64,000 nt of DNA from an uncultured Chloroflexia bacterium (GTDB lineage: Bacteria > Chloroflexota > Limnocylindria > Limnocylindrales > CSP1-4). Below the pieces are notes generated by a model. The model ran no database searches. It was given only the letters and a program-made list of their open reading frames with translations, and was not told the origin of the DNA. This document shows positions 1 to 11,805 of the stretch, one piece after another; within the stretch, counting starts at the first letter, position 1; every line of letters begins with the position of its first letter. The position numbers were made by a program, and so were the translations under genes. Where the stretch lies: the NCBI GenBank assembly GCA_963749705.1, contig CAVVNQ010000002.1:32001-96000 (forward strand), written 5' to 3'.

Positions 1-383
1 GTGAGGCTGATCTGCATCCGTGGACCGGGGATCAGCCCGGTCGCGACGGCCTCCTTCATGCCCAGGTCGGCGCCGCCCGCGTCGCGGATGGAGGTGATCC
101 CCGATCGCAACGTGGTCGCGAGGTTGCGCGCCGCGATGTAGAACCGGAGGGAGAAGGGCTGGTTCATCACCCGCCAGGTGTCGACGCTGTCAAGCACCAC
201 GTGGACGTGCGTGTCGAACAACCCCGGCAGCAGCGTCCGGCCGCCAAGATCGACCGCCTCGTCGCCGTCCAGCCGCGGCCCGACATCGACGATGCGACCG
301 TCCTCGACGCTGACATCGGCAGGGCTCGGATCCGTGCCCGTGCCATCGAACACGAAACCGCCGTGGAACACCGTGCGCGTCAT
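1..383 (-). CDS. Metal-dependent amidohydrolase family protein (3' end runs off the window)
   Basis: Manual translation from ATG 383 (RBS GGGAGG): MTRTVFHGGFVFDGTG...GRTLLPGLFDTHVH...SGITSIRDAGG...PGPRM; HxH metal motif of amidohydrolases. Confidence 0.85.
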   Translation of the reverse strand, partial: MTRTVFHGGFVFDGTGTDPSPADVSVEDGRIVDVGPRLDGDEAVDLGGRTLLPGLFDTHVHVVLDSVDTWRVMNQPFSLRFYIAARNLATTLRSGITSIRDAGGADLGMKEAVATGLIPGPRMQISL

Positions 384-494
384 GCCGCCTCCCTGGAGAT
401 CGTTCGGCAACCGAGTCTAAGCGCGTGCACGTGATCCGCGAGCGCCCGTTCGAACGCGGCCCGCGCCGGCGACCCACCCTATACTCGCCGGGCG

Positions 495-1988
495 ATGAAT
501 GTGACCGCCACGCCCGCCCCCAAGAGCTCCGTCCTCCTCGAGATCGAGATCCCGCCCGACCGGCTGGACCGCGCGGTCCGCGATGCCGTCCAGCGCCTGT
601 CGCGCCGGACGCGGGTCGCCGGGTTCCGCCCGGGCAAGGCCCCGCGCCCGATCCTCGAACGTGTCCTTGGCCCGGGCGCCGTGCTCGAAGAGGCGGTGGA
701 CCAGCTCGTCCAGGATGCCTACCGGGAGGCGGTCATCGAGCAGGGGATCATCCCGCTCACCAACGCCGACGTCGAGGTCGTGACCGCCGAGGAAGGCAAG
801 CCGCTGGTGTTCAAGGCCACCGTCCAGGTGCGCCCGGAGGTCAAGCTCGGCGACTACAAGGAGTTCAACTTCAGTCCCGAGATCGAGGACATCGACGACG
901 CCAGGGTCGACAAGGTGGTCGAGGAGCTGCGTGATCAGAACGCGACGCTGGCCGCGGTCGAGGACCGGGGGGCGCGCGACGGCGACTGGGCCGTGATCGG
1001 CTTCGTGGGCACCCGCGACGGCACCCCGTTCGAGGGCGGCACGACCGAGCGGATGCCCCTGATCCTGGGCGAGGACCGGCTGATCCCGGGCTTCGAGGCC
1101 AACCTCATCGGGCTCGAGCCCGGACAGAGCACCGAGTTCGACATCACCTTCCCCGACGATTACCCGGAGGAGTCGCTGGCGGGCAAGCAGGTGCATTTCG
1201 CGGCGGATCTCAAGGAGCTCCGCGAGAAGGTGCTGCCGACCGCCGACGACGCCTTTGCCCAGAGCCTGGGCGACTACGCGGACCTTGCGGCATTGAAGGC
1301 GGACGTCGCCCAGCGCCTCGGCCGCAACGCGATCGACCGCGCGCGCCACGAGTTCGCCGACCGGATCATCGAGTACGCGGTCGCCAACTCCACGATCGAG
1401 CTGCCGGACATCCTGGTCGACCAGGAGGTCGAGGTGATGCACGACGAGCTGCGCACCTCGCTCGCCCGGCAGGGGATCGCCGAGGCGGCGTACCTGAAGG
1501 CGACCAACCAGACCGAGGCCGGCCTCCACGACGAGCTCCGACCCAAGGCGGAGCATCGGACGAGGGTGCTGCTCGCCCTGACGCGGATCGCGGAGGAGGA
1601 GGGGATCGAGGTTCCCGAGACCGAGGTCGAGGGCGAGATCGAACGCGCCCGGGCCCGCTACCAGGACCCGAAGACCGTCAGGTACTTCGAGTCCGACCGG
1701 GGTCGCAGCTTCATCCGCAGCTCGCTGCGCCGCACGAAGGTCGTCGAGACGCTCGTCGACCAGTGGCTGGCCGCGCATCCGGAGCACCCGCCGTTGCCGC
1801 ACCTCGAGGATGACGCGCCGTCGGCGCTCGACGATCCGCAGGCGGCGTCCGCGGCCGCGATCGATGCAACCGACCCGGGATCGCTGCCGGGTGACGCCCA
1901 CCAGCATCATCACCACGACCACGATCATGGCGAGGCCACGGACGTGGCCGCGGAACAGGCGCCCACCGGCACCGCGCCGGGCCGCTAG
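495..1988 (+). CDS. tig: Trigger factor, with His-rich C-terminal extension
   Basis: GFRPGKAP ribosome-binding motif, FKBP-type domain (LIPGFE...FPDDY), directly upstream of clpP-clpX. Confidence 0.97.
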   Translation: MNVTATPAPKSSVLLEIEIPPDRLDRAVRDAVQRLSRRTRVAGFRPGKAPRPILERVLGPGAVLEEAVDQLVQDAYREAVIEQGIIPLTNADVEVVTAEEGKPLVFKATVQVRPEVKLGDYKEFNFSPEIEDIDDARVDKVVEELRDQNATLAAVEDRGARDGDWAVIGFVGTRDGTPFEGGTTERMPLILGEDRLIPGFEANLIGLEPGQSTEFDITFPDDYPEESLAGKQVHFAADLKELREKVLPTADDAFAQSLGDYADLAALKADVAQRLGRNAIDRARHEFADRIIEYAVANSTIELPDILVDQEVEVMHDELRTSLARQGIAEAAYLKATNQTEAGLHDELRPKAEHRTRVLLALTRIAEEEGIEVPETEVEGEIERARARYQDPKTVRYFESDRGRSFIRSSLRRTKVVETLVDQWLAAHPEHPPLPHLEDDAPSALDDPQAASAAAIDATDPGSLPGDAHQHHHHDHDHGEATDVAAEQAPTGTAPGR

Positions 1989-2029
1989 CCGCACCAGCCG
2001 TGCGCGATCGAACGCAGGGGAGACCCACG

Positions 2030-2713
2030 ATGCTCGTCCCGATGGTCATCGAATCCACCAGCCGTGGCGAGCGCGCCTACGACATCTACTCGCGGCTCCT
2101 GCGGGAGCGGATCATCTTCCTGGGCGACGCGATCGACGACCACCTGGCGAATCTCGTGATCGCGCAGCTGCTGTTCCTCGAGTCCGAGGATCCCGAGAAG
2201 GACATCAGCCTGTACATCAACTCGCCGGGCGGCGTGGTGACCAGCGGCCTGGCGATCTACGACACGATGCAGTACCTGCGGGCACCGGTCAGCACGATCT
2301 GCATCGGCATGGCGGCGTCGATGGCCGCGGTCCTGCTCGCCGCCGGCAACAAGGGCAAGCGCTACGCCCTGCCGCACAGCAGGATCATGATCCACCAGGG
2401 TTCAGGCGGCTTCCGCGGCAACGCCCCGGACGCGGTGATCCAGATGAAGGAGTGGGAGCATCTCGTCCAGGTCAACCACGAGATCCTCGCCCGCCACACG
2501 GGACAGAACCTGGAGACGATCATCAGGGACACCGACCGGGACCATTTCATGGGTCCCGACGAGGCGCAGGACTATGGCATCATCGATGCGGTCTACACCG
2601 TCACGGGTGATTCGCTGATCGCGCAGGCGCATGATGCGGGGCTCGTCGTCGGTGGAGGCGGCAAGGCAAAGGGGTCGGACGCCGCCGAGCCGGATCCGGC
2701 CACGGACCACTAG
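2030..2713 (+). CDS. clpP: ATP-dependent Clp protease proteolytic subunit
   Basis: MLVPMVIE...[31 protein letters not shown]; RBS GGGGAG before ATG 2030. Confidence 0.98.
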   Translation: MLVPMVIESTSRGERAYDIYSRLLRERIIFLGDAIDDHLANLVIAQLLFLESEDPEKDISLYINSPGGVVTSGLAIYDTMQYLRAPVSTICIGMAASMAAVLLAAGNKGKRYALPHSRIMIHQGSGGFRGNAPDAVIQMKEWEHLVQVNHEILARHTGQNLETIIRDTDRDHFMGPDEAQDYGIIDAVYTVTGDSLIAQAHDAGLVVGGGGKAKGSDAAEPDPATDH

Positions 2714-2725
2714 ACAGGGGACATC

Positions 2726-4039
<1,314 letters not shown>

Positions 4040-4086
4040 CCGCTCCCGGAGCGAGCTCCGTTTCGCTCGCGCCCGCTCGCCCGCAG

Positions 4087-4128
4087 CGTCCGGCCCGCGG
4101 CGTCCGGCCCGCGGCGTCCGGCCCGCGG
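4087..4128. repeat. Tandem repeat, 3 x 14 bp CGTCCGGCCCGCGG
   Basis: Exact copies at 4087, 4101 and 4115, downstream of clpX. Confidence 0.85.
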
Positions 4129-4440
4129 CGCCCGCAGCACGAGCGGTTCCTCGCCCCGGCCCTCGGTGGCGACCACGAAGTTGGTCCCCCGACCGACCAC
4201 CACCCGGCGATCGCGGGCTACCACCCGCCTTGATCACCTCATGTGCATCTCAGGCTTTGGAGTGCCCCGAACTCGGGCGCGTCCACTCGGGCCGCCGCGC
4301 TCGAGCCACATGCGGACGCTTCTGCACACCTGATGATCTTGTTGGTGCGCAGAACGACGCGCCGACCATCCCCGATGACGCCCCCGCTTACGACGTCGCA
4401 TAAGGGCGGGGCAAGTGCGGGAAATGAACATGTCCGGATC

Positions 4441-5187
4441 ATGGGAGGTCGCAGGCGCACCCGGCTTGCCGTCGAGGCCGAACGGCGCAACCTGGAACAG
4501 CTGTCCCGCCTTGGAGCGGATGTCCGCTCGGCCCGGCGCGCAAGGTCGCTGACGCAGACCTCGCTCGGCGTTCGGGTCGGGGTGGGCCGGATGACCGTCA
4601 GCCGGCTCGAGCGCGGGCGGGGCGGCGGTGTCTCGCTTGACGCCTGGCAGCGGATCGCGCTCGCCGTCGGGCGCCCGCTGACGCTCGGGCTCCAGCGCGC
4701 CATCGACGGCGACACGCGCGACGCTGGGCATCTCGCGATCCAGGAGCTCGTGCTCGGGCTCGGTCGCGCGGCTGGCTACCGGGGCCTGGTCGAGCTGGCG
4801 ACCACACCGGTCGAACCGTGGCGCTCGATCGACGTGGTCCTCGCCGACGACTCGCGGCGCCGGTTGCTCGTGGTGGAGTGCTGGAACACGATCGGTGACG
4901 TCGGCGCGGCTGCGCGCTCGTCCGCACGCAAGGCCGTCGAAGCCGGGGCGCTCGCAGCCACCCGCTGGGGCGAGGGCGACCACCGGGTCGGGCTGGTGTG
5001 GGTCATCCGCGCGACCGCCCGAAACCGCGCGATCGTTGCTCGCTACCCGCAGGTCTTCGCGGCGCGGTTCCCTGCGTCGTCCTATCGCTGGGCTCGAGCC
5101 CTTGCCAACGGCGAGCCCGCGCCGCTCGAGGCCGGCCTCGTTTGGTCGACCGTCGATGGCGGTCGGATCTTCCCCTGGCGGCGATGA
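4441..5187 (+). CDS. XRE-family HTH protein fused to a putative PD-(D/E)xK-like nuclease-fold domain
   Basis: N-terminal VRSARRARSLTQTSLGVRVGVGRMTVSRLERG (XRE HTH); C-terminal E...SIDVVL...LLVVECWN pattern; start uncertain. Confidence 0.7.
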   Translation: MGGRRRTRLAVEAERRNLEQLSRLGADVRSARRARSLTQTSLGVRVGVGRMTVSRLERGRGGGVSLDAWQRIALAVGRPLTLGLQRAIDGDTRDAGHLAIQELVLGLGRAAGYRGLVELATTPVEPWRSIDVVLADDSRRRLLVVECWNTIGDVGAAARSSARKAVEAGALAATRWGEGDHRVGLVWVIRATARNRAIVARYPQVFAARFPASSYRWARALANGEPAPLEAGLVWSTVDGGRIFPWRR

Positions 5188-5209
5188 TGGCCGGCGCCGG
5201 CTCCCGGGC

Positions 5210-5563
5210 TCAGCCCGTCTGGAACAGGCGCAGGACGAGCAGCGCCAGGGCCACGCCCGCGACGCCGAGCGCGAGTGAGCGCCGACGCGCGAGCGGCTCG
5301 AGGAAGCGCGCGACCGGCAACACCAGCACCGCCACCGCCGCATACAGCAGGTGAAGGGCGTCGTCCGGGCCCGGGCCGGTCACGAGCAGCACGAGGCCCA
5401 GCGCCGCGCCGACCAGGACCAGCACGAACACGCCCAGGATGGCGCGATCCCGGGCGAACCGCATCGGGCGATGCGTGACCTCACCGAGCACGACCAGGAT
5501 GACCACGAGCCCAGCCCCGAGCGCGACGAGGATCGCCAGCAATCGGTGTGCCTCGACGAGCAT
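5210..5563 (-). CDS. Small four-TM membrane protein of unknown function
   Basis: Four hydrophobic segments, RBS GGGAGGT, His residues near the starts of TM1 and TM3. Confidence 0.8.
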   Translation of the reverse strand: MLVEAHRLLAILVALGAGLVVILVVLGEVTHRPMRFARDRAILGVFVLVLVGAALGLVLLVTGPGPDDALHLLYAAVAVLVLPVARFLEPLARRRSLALGVAGVALALLVLRLFQTG

Positions 5564-5618
5564 CGGTCACCTCCCTGTCGGAGTCCCGGGCGAGCCGCCC
5601 GGCGGGCGTCGCTCCGAA

Positions 5619-5707
5619 CCTGTTCCGTCCCCCTGAGCCTGTTCCGTCCCGTCGAGCCGGTTGCGTGGCCCGGCACCCCGTTGCGTCCCCAGACGCCTGT
5701 TGCGTCG
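5619..5707. repeat. Periodic array of five GTT(C/G)CGT motifs, 19-20 bp apart
   Basis: Motif starts at 5622, 5641, 5660, 5680 and 5699 in the divergent intergenic region. Confidence 0.75.
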
Positions 5708-5822
5708 CCCGGAACCGACCGGCCGGCTCGAGGCGCCTCGCGACCGCCCGCGTGCAACGATCGCAGATCCCCGCGTAGGATTAGGCGGCTGGCCGGACGA
5801 ACAGAGAGTAGTCGAGGCGAAC

Positions 5823-6650
5823 GTGTCCCCCGCTTCAGCATCCCGCTCCCGCGCGCACACCGGGCGCCGGCGGTCGGTGTCGGGCTGGCGGGTGGTGGCG
5901 GTCTACCTGGGTGTCTCGAGCCTGATGATCCTGGGCATCGCCGTGTCCGGTGTCCTCGCCGCCACAGCTCCGCCGCCACCCGCGGCGAGCGCCCGGACAT
6001 CGGTGACCGAGGCGGGCCGTGGCGAGGAGCTGTTCCTCACCAGCTGCGCCGCGTGCCACGGGCCGCAGGGCGCGGGAACCGAGAACGGGCCGGACATCCG
6101 GTCCGCCGGGGCCGCCCTCGCGGACTTCGAGCTCCGGACGGGGCGGATGCCACTCGGCGACCAGGGGCCGCCCGCGCGCCGGGGCACACCCCAGTTCGAC
6201 GACGCCGACATCGCCGCCCTGGTCGCCTACGTCGCTTCGCTGGGCTCGGGACCCGCGATTCCCAACGTGGTCGTGTCCGGTGCCGACCTCAACGCCGGCC
6301 GCCGCCTGTACGTGGCCAACTGCTCGGCCTGCCACGGTCCGGCGGCCGGCGGCGGCTCCGTGGGCGGCGGCTTCGTCGCCCCGGCCCTGACCGGTGCGGA
6401 TGCCACCACGGTGGGCGAGGCCGTCGTCACCGGCCCCGGGCCGATGCCCCGGTTCTCGTTCGCGCCGGACGATCTGGACAACCTCGCCGCGTACGTCCAG
6501 TTCCTGCACGACCCGCCGCATCCCGGCGGCGCAACGGCCCCCGCCGTCGGTCCCGTGACCGAGGGCTTCGTCGCCGCCCTGGCCCTGCTCGGCCTGGTGC
6601 TGGTCGCCCGCTGGGTCGCGGTTCGTCGCGAGCGGGAGGTGTCGTCGTGA
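5823..6650 (+). CDS. qcrC: Diheme cytochrome c subunit of cytochrome bcc complex
   Basis: Two CxxCH motifs (CAACH, CSACH), TGRMP and GPGPMP axial-Met motifs, GPVTEG + C-terminal TM; start approximate. Confidence 0.9.
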   Translation: MSPASASRSRAHTGRRRSVSGWRVVAVYLGVSSLMILGIAVSGVLAATAPPPPAASARTSVTEAGRGEELFLTSCAACHGPQGAGTENGPDIRSAGAALADFELRTGRMPLGDQGPPARRGTPQFDDADIAALVAYVASLGSGPAIPNVVVSGADLNAGRRLYVANCSACHGPAAGGGSVGGGFVAPALTGADATTVGEAVVTGPGPMPRFSFAPDDLDNLAAYVQFLHDPPHPGGATAPAVGPVTEGFVAALALLGLVLVARWVAVRREREVSS

Positions 6651-7501
6651 GCGCGCCGGATCCGGGGACGCGGTCCGTGGAGCGGGCGATCGCCCTGGCG
6701 TTCGCGGTGTCGGCGATCGCCGGCGTCGCGCTCCTGGGCGTCTACCTCGCGGGTGGTCAGACACAGGTCGAGGCGGTGCTGCTCGCGCTGTCGCTGGGCG
6801 GGATCGGGATCGGGGTCATCGCCTGGTCACAGTGGCTCCTCCCGGGCAACCTGCACATCGAGGAGCGCCACCCGGCCGAGGCGGCGGCGGATCCGGCCGC
6901 GGAGCGCGAGATCGTCGAGGAAGAGGCGTCGATCACGCGGCGCACGCTGCTCATCCGGGCGCTCGCGGGTGCGCTGGCGGGCCTGGGTGCGGCGCTCGCG
7001 ATCCCGGTGCTGTCGCTGGGACCCGCACCCGGCCGTGCCCTGTTCGAGACCCCCTGGCGCAAGGGGCTGCGACTGGTCGATCTCGAGGGCAACGTGATCC
7101 GCGCCGCGGACCTGCCGCTGGAGGGGATCGTGACCGCGTTCCCCGAGGGGTACGTCGGTTCCGCCGATGGACAGACCATCCTGATCCGCGTGGCTCCCGA
7201 CCTGCTCCGGCTGGCGGCGGACCGCATGGCGTGGGCGCCCGATGGCTACGTCGCCTACTCCAAGCTGTGCACCCACGCCGGCTGCCCGGTCGGCCTGTAT
7301 CGGGCCGCGGAGCACCGCCTGATCTGTCCCTGCCACCAGTCGACCTTCGACGTCCTCGATGGCGCCCGGCCGGTGTTCGGGCCGGCCGCCAGGCCGCTGC
7401 CACAGCTGCCGATCCGGCTCCAGCCCGACGGCACGTTCGCGGCGATGAGCGACTTCTCGGAACCCGTCGGGCCTGCGTTCTGGAACATCACCGATGGCTG
7501 A
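6647..7501 (+). CDS. qcrA: Rieske iron-sulfur subunit of cytochrome bcc complex
   Basis: CTHAGC and CPCHQS boxes, three N-terminal TM segments with a TRR Tat-like motif; GTG overlaps the qcrC stop. Confidence 0.93.
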   Translation: MSAPDPGTRSVERAIALAFAVSAIAGVALLGVYLAGGQTQVEAVLLALSLGGIGIGVIAWSQWLLPGNLHIEERHPAEAAADPAAEREIVEEEASITRRTLLIRALAGALAGLGAALAIPVLSLGPAPGRALFETPWRKGLRLVDLEGNVIRAADLPLEGIVTAFPEGYVGSADGQTILIRVAPDLLRLAADRMAWAPDGYVAYSKLCTHAGCPVGLYRAAEHRLICPCHQSTFDVLDGARPVFGPAARPLPQLPIRLQPDGTFAAMSDFSEPVGPAFWNITDG

Positions 7502-8933
7502 CCCGACGACGCCCCAGGGAGCGAGCTCCGAGGGCCGCGACACCGAGCTCGAACGCCTCGTCGGCTGGGTGGACCGGCGGACCGGCGTGGCCGGGGTGCT
7601 GCGCGGCGCCATGCGCAAGGTGTTCCCGGACCACTGGAGCTTCCTGCTGGGCGAGATCGCGCTGTTCGCGTTCGTCGTCCTGCTGGCGACCGGGACGTTC
7701 ATGACCTTCTTCTATACGCCCGATGCGCGCGAGGTCACGTACGACGGGGCGTACGGCACGCTGGCCGGCACCCCCATGTCGGCGGCGTTCGCCTCGGTGA
7801 TGCGGCTCTCGTTCGATGTCGAGGCCGGCCTCCTGATGCGCCAGGTGCACCACTGGACCGCCCTCATCTTCATCGGTGCGATCGCGTTCCACCTGGCGCG
7901 GATCTTCTTCACGGGTGCGTTCCGGCGGCCGCGCGAGATCAACTACCTGATCGGGCTGGGGCTGCTGATGCTGGCGCTGGGGGAGGGGATCACCGGCTAC
8001 TCGCTGCCGGACGACCTGCTGTCGGGCACCGGGCTCCGGATCATCGATTCCGCGATGCTGTCGATCCCGTTCATCGGGCCCTGGGTGGCGTCGCTGTTCT
8101 TCGGAGGTGAGTTCCCGACGCCCGACATCCTCAGCCGGCTGTTCGTGTTCCACGTCATGCTCCTGCCGGGCCTGCTCGCCGCCGGCGTGGCCGCGCACCT
8201 CGGCCTGCTGTGGCTCCAGAAGCACACGCAGTACCGGGGCGGGGCGGCGCGCGAGGACAACGTCGTGGGCATGCCGTTCTGGCCCGGCCAGGTGTTCCGG
8301 TCGCTCGGGCTGTTCTTCCTGACGTCCGCCGTCGTGGTCCTGCTCGCCGGGCTGGTCCAGATCAACCCCGTGTGGCTGTACGGGCCGTACGTCCCCTACG
8401 TGGCGACCGTGCCGGCGCAGCCCGACTGGTACGTGGGCTGGCTCGAGGGTGCCCTCCGACTCGGCCTGCCCATCGAGCCCACGATCCTGGGGGTCACGAT
8501 CCCGTCGCCGTTCGTGCCCGGGATCCTCGTCCCGGGACTGCTGGTCGGCGCGCTGGTCGTATGGCCGTTCCTCGAGGCGCGGCTGACCCACGACCACGCC
8601 GAGCACCACCTGCTCGATGCGCCCTGGCAGGCTCCGATCCGAACCGCGACCGGGGCCGCGGGGGTGGCGGTGTTCCTGGTGCTCACGATCGCCGGCGGCA
8701 ACGACGTTCTGGCCGTGATCCTGGACGTGCCCGTCGAGGGCATCACCATGGTGTTCAGGGTGCTCCTCCTGGTCGCGCCGATCGTGACCTGGCTGGTCGT
8801 CTACCGGATGGCCAGGGATCTCCGAACGGCGCATCTCCACCGAGAGGCCGCGGGGGCGGCGGACGAGCCGCCGAGCGTGCTCCTGGTCCGGACCGCGGCG
8901 GGCGGATTCGCGGAGTCGGAGGCGGATCGATGA
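7494..8933 (+). CDS. qcrB: Cytochrome b subunit of cytochrome bcc complex
   Basis: [39 protein letters not shown] Qo motif. Confidence 0.95.
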   Translation: MADPTTPQGASSEGRDTELERLVGWVDRRTGVAGVLRGAMRKVFPDHWSFLLGEIALFAFVVLLATGTFMTFFYTPDAREVTYDGAYGTLAGTPMSAAFASVMRLSFDVEAGLLMRQVHHWTALIFIGAIAFHLARIFFTGAFRRPREINYLIGLGLLMLALGEGITGYSLPDDLLSGTGLRIIDSAMLSIPFIGPWVASLFFGGEFPTPDILSRLFVFHVMLLPGLLAAGVAAHLGLLWLQKHTQYRGGAAREDNVVGMPFWPGQVFRSLGLFFLTSAVVVLLAGLVQINPVWLYGPYVPYVATVPAQPDWYVGWLEGALRLGLPIEPTILGVTIPSPFVPGILVPGLLVGALVVWPFLEARLTHDHAEHHLLDAPWQAPIRTATGAAGVAVFLVLTIAGGNDVLAVILDVPVEGITMVFRVLLLVAPIVTWLVVYRMARDLRTAHLHREAAGAADEPPSVLLVRTAAGGFAESEADR

Positions 8934-9658
8934 CCGGCCTGCGCCGGCGGCCGGGGCGGGGGATGCTCGTCGTTGCCACCCTGCTTGCCGTCGCGGCAGC
9001 GGGTTGCATGCCGGCACCCGCCACCAGCCAGGGACGCCAGATCTCGGACCTGTACACGGTGTTCCTGGTCGGCGGGATCATCGTCGGCACCATCGTGTGG
9101 AGCCTGGTCACGTGGGCGATCCTGCGCTACCGGCGACGCGACGACCGGCTTCCCGCCCAGACCAGCGGCGACCTTCGGATCGAGGCCATCTGGACGCTCA
9201 TCCCGCTGGCGACCGTGCTGGTCCTGTTCGTGCTGACGGTCCAGACGATCTCGTCCGTGGGCGCGGTCGAACCGGGTGGCGTCAACCTCCACGTCACGGC
9301 GTTCCGGTGGCAGTGGAAGGCGACCTATCCCGACGCGGGCGTGACCATCACCGGGACCGACGCCGCCAATCTCGAGGTCGTGCTGCCGGTGGACACGCCG
9401 GTCCACGTCACCCTCGAGTCGCTGGACGTGAACCACGCCTTCTACGTGCCCGCGTTCCTGTTCAAGCGGGACGCGATCCCCGGCCGGCCGACCACGTTCG
9501 ACCTCCGGGTGACGGCGCCCGGTGTCTACCCCGGCCAGTGCGCCGAGTTCTGCGGCATCGGCCACGACCAGATGCTGTTCACCGTTCGGGGCGTCGACCG
9601 GGCGACCTTCGATGCCTGGCTCGCCGACCACGCGGCGGGCGGGAGCGCGGCACCGTGA
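8930..9658 (+). CDS. ctaC: Cytochrome c oxidase subunit II (CuA, lipoprotein)
   Basis: Lipobox AAAGC, two TM helices, DVNHAFY...[12 protein letters not shown] CuA ligands. Confidence 0.95.
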   Translation: MTGLRRRPGRGMLVVATLLAVAAAGCMPAPATSQGRQISDLYTVFLVGGIIVGTIVWSLVTWAILRYRRRDDRLPAQTSGDLRIEAIWTLIPLATVLVLFVLTVQTISSVGAVEPGGVNLHVTAFRWQWKATYPDAGVTITGTDAANLEVVLPVDTPVHVTLESLDVNHAFYVPAFLFKRDAIPGRPTTFDLRVTAPGVYPGQCAEFCGIGHDQMLFTVRGVDRATFDAWLADHAAGGSAAP

Positions 9659-11346
9659 CCGCGATCGACAAGCCCGTCGCCGCCACCCCGCTCGCCGCCG
9701 TCCCGGGCGCGGGCCTGCTCGACTGGCTCACCACGACCGATCACAAGCGGATCGGCGCGATGTACATCACGGCGGCGTTCGGTTTTGCGCTGGTCGGCGG
9801 CGCGATCGCGGAGCTGATCCGGCTCGAGCTCGCGGCGCCGGGCCAGCAGCTGGTGAACGCCTCGACCTATGACCAGCTGTTCACCGTCCACGGCACCCTG
9901 ATGCTGCTGTTCTTCGCCGGCCCGCTGGCGATCGGCTTCGCGAACGCGCTGGTCCCGCTCCAGATCGGGGCCGCGGACATGGTGTTCCCGCGGCTGAACG
10001 CGCTGTCGTTCTGGCTGTTCCTGTTCGGCGGCCTGATCGTGATGTCCGGCTTCCTGACCACCGGCGGGGCGGCCGCCGCGGGCTGGACGGGCTACCCGCC
10101 GCTGTCCGGTCCCGACTTTGCGCCCAATGCGGGCATGGACCTGTGGATCATGGGTGTCGGGCTGGTGGGGGTGTCGGGGATCCTCGGCGCACTCAACTTC
10201 ATGATCACGATCTACACGCGTCGCGCGCCCGGGATGCGGATGTTCCGGATGCCGATGTTCACCTGGACCATCCTGGTGACCTCGGTGCTCATCCTGTTCG
10301 CCTTCCCGTCGGTGACCGCCGCGCTCGCGATGCTGTTCATCGACCGTCACTTCGGCGGCGGCTTCTTCGACCCGACCCAGGGCGGCGACCCGGTGCTGTG
10401 GCAGCACCTGTTCTGGTTCTTCGGCCACCCCGAGGTCTACATCCTCATCCTGCCGTACTTCGGGATCATGAGCGAGGTCGTGCCGGTGTTCTCGAGCAAG
10501 CCGCTGTTCGGCTACCGGCTGATGGTGCTCGCGGTCATCGCCATCGCCGGCCTGTCGATGGGCGTCTGGGCGCACCACATGTACACCACCGGTCGGGTCG
10601 ACCTGCCGTTCTTCTCGATCATGTCGCTGCTGATCGCGGTGCCCACCGGGATCAAGATCTTCAACTGGACGGCAACGATGTGGCGGGGGAGCCTGCGGTT
10701 CACGGTCCCGATGCTGTGGTGCCTCGGGCTGCTGTACGTGTTCACGATCGGCGGGATCACGGGCGTGATGCTGGCGTCGCCGCCCATCGACTACCAGGCG
10801 CAGGACACCTACTTCGTGGTCGCCCACATGCACAACGTGCTCATCGGCGGCACCGTGTTCGCCGGATTCGCGGGGATCTACTTCTGGTTCCCCAAGCTGA
10901 CCGGCCGGATGCTCGACGAGCGCCTGGGCCGGCTGCACTTCGCCAGCTGGGTCGTCGGGTTCGCGCTGACGTTCGTGCCCCAGTACATCCTTGGCACCGA
11001 GGGCATGCCGCGTCGGATCGCCGACTACGCTCCGGACCGCGGCTGGACGGACCTGAACCTGGTGTCGACCATCGGCGCGCTGCTGCTCGCGGCGGGCATG
11101 CTGCCGTTCCTGCTGGCGGTGTTCCGGGCGCTGCGTCGACCCGCCGACCAGCCGCCGGATCCGTGGGGCGGCAACTCGCTCGAGTGGGCCACGACGTCGC
11201 CGCCCCCGCACCACAACTTCGATCACCTGCCACCGATCCGCTCCCTCCGCCCGGTGTTCGATGCCCGCATGGCCGCGGCCGACGCTGCGACCCGCGGGGG
11301 CGACACCCCGGAGGCGGCCCGGCCGACCACAGGAAAGGACGGCTGA
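9655..11346 (+). CDS. ctaD: Cytochrome c oxidase subunit I (A1 type)
   Basis: [31 protein letters not shown]; GTG overlaps the ctaC stop. Confidence 0.97.
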   Translation: MTAIDKPVAATPLAAVPGAGLLDWLTTTDHKRIGAMYITAAFGFALVGGAIAELIRLELAAPGQQLVNASTYDQLFTVHGTLMLLFFAGPLAIGFANALVPLQIGAADMVFPRLNALSFWLFLFGGLIVMSGFLTTGGAAAAGWTGYPPLSGPDFAPNAGMDLWIMGVGLVGVSGILGALNFMITIYTRRAPGMRMFRMPMFTWTILVTSVLILFAFPSVTAALAMLFIDRHFGGGFFDPTQGGDPVLWQHLFWFFGHPEVYILILPYFGIMSEVVPVFSSKPLFGYRLMVLAVIAIAGLSMGVWAHHMYTTGRVDLPFFSIMSLLIAVPTGIKIFNWTATMWRGSLRFTVPMLWCLGLLYVFTIGGITGVMLASPPIDYQAQDTYFVVAHMHNVLIGGTVFAGFAGIYFWFPKLTGRMLDERLGRLHFASWVVGFALTFVPQYILGTEGMPRRIADYAPDRGWTDLNLVSTIGALLLAAGMLPFLLAVFRALRRPADQPPDPWGGNSLEWATTSPPPHHNFDHLPPIRSLRPVFDARMAAADAATRGGDTPEAARPTTGKDG

Positions 11347-11795
11347 TGGCCGAGGAGATCCGCTTCTTCGGGCGGTTGTCCGTGTACGCGCTGGTCGTCG
11401 GGGCCGGGTACTGGTTCATCTCGTACGAGGTCGCCGGCACCGTGCTCCTGCTGGGCTTCGGGGTCGCGACGGGCGTGGCGTTCATCGTCCTCCGCCTGGG
11501 GAGGCCGGCACCCGGCGATCCGCGCGGGGACGAGGTGGCGACCTACCCGGGCAGACCGGACGGGCCGTTCGGCGACGAGTCGGCCCCGGTGCCGACCCGC
11601 AGCGCCGCGCCCCTGGTGGTGGGCTTCGGGATCGCGGTCATGGCCCTGGCCGGCGCGTTCGGTCCGTGGTTCCTGCTCACCGGCGCGATCCCGTTCCTCA
11701 TCGGTGCGGTGGACTGGCTGCGCGCGGCCGGACGGGAGCTGCGCCAGCGCGACCGGGCGGACGCCCGGACGGCCGGACCGGCGTCGAGGGACTGA
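11346..11795 (+). CDS. ctaF: Cytochrome c oxidase subunit IV-like (actinobacterial CtaF type)
   Basis: MAEEIRFF...YWFISYEVAGTVLL and a PTRSAAPL motif before the later TM helices; last gene of the cox block. Confidence 0.75.
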   Translation: MAEEIRFFGRLSVYALVVGAGYWFISYEVAGTVLLLGFGVATGVAFIVLRLGRPAPGDPRGDEVATYPGRPDGPFGDESAPVPTRSAAPLVVGFGIAVMALAGAFGPWFLLTGAIPFLIGAVDWLRAAGRELRQRDRADARTAGPASRD

Positions 11796-11805
11796 TCAGC
11801 CGCGG

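Noticed and set aside
384-494. tRNA gene upstream of tig (a common location)
   Set aside because: No cloverleaf or T-loop GTTCRA in a tRNA context; the GTTCGAAC at about 448 lacks a supporting structure
5619-5707. Periodic repeat considered as a mini-CRISPR array
   Set aside because: Core about 7-12 bp and period 19-20 bp are far too short; no cas genes in the window
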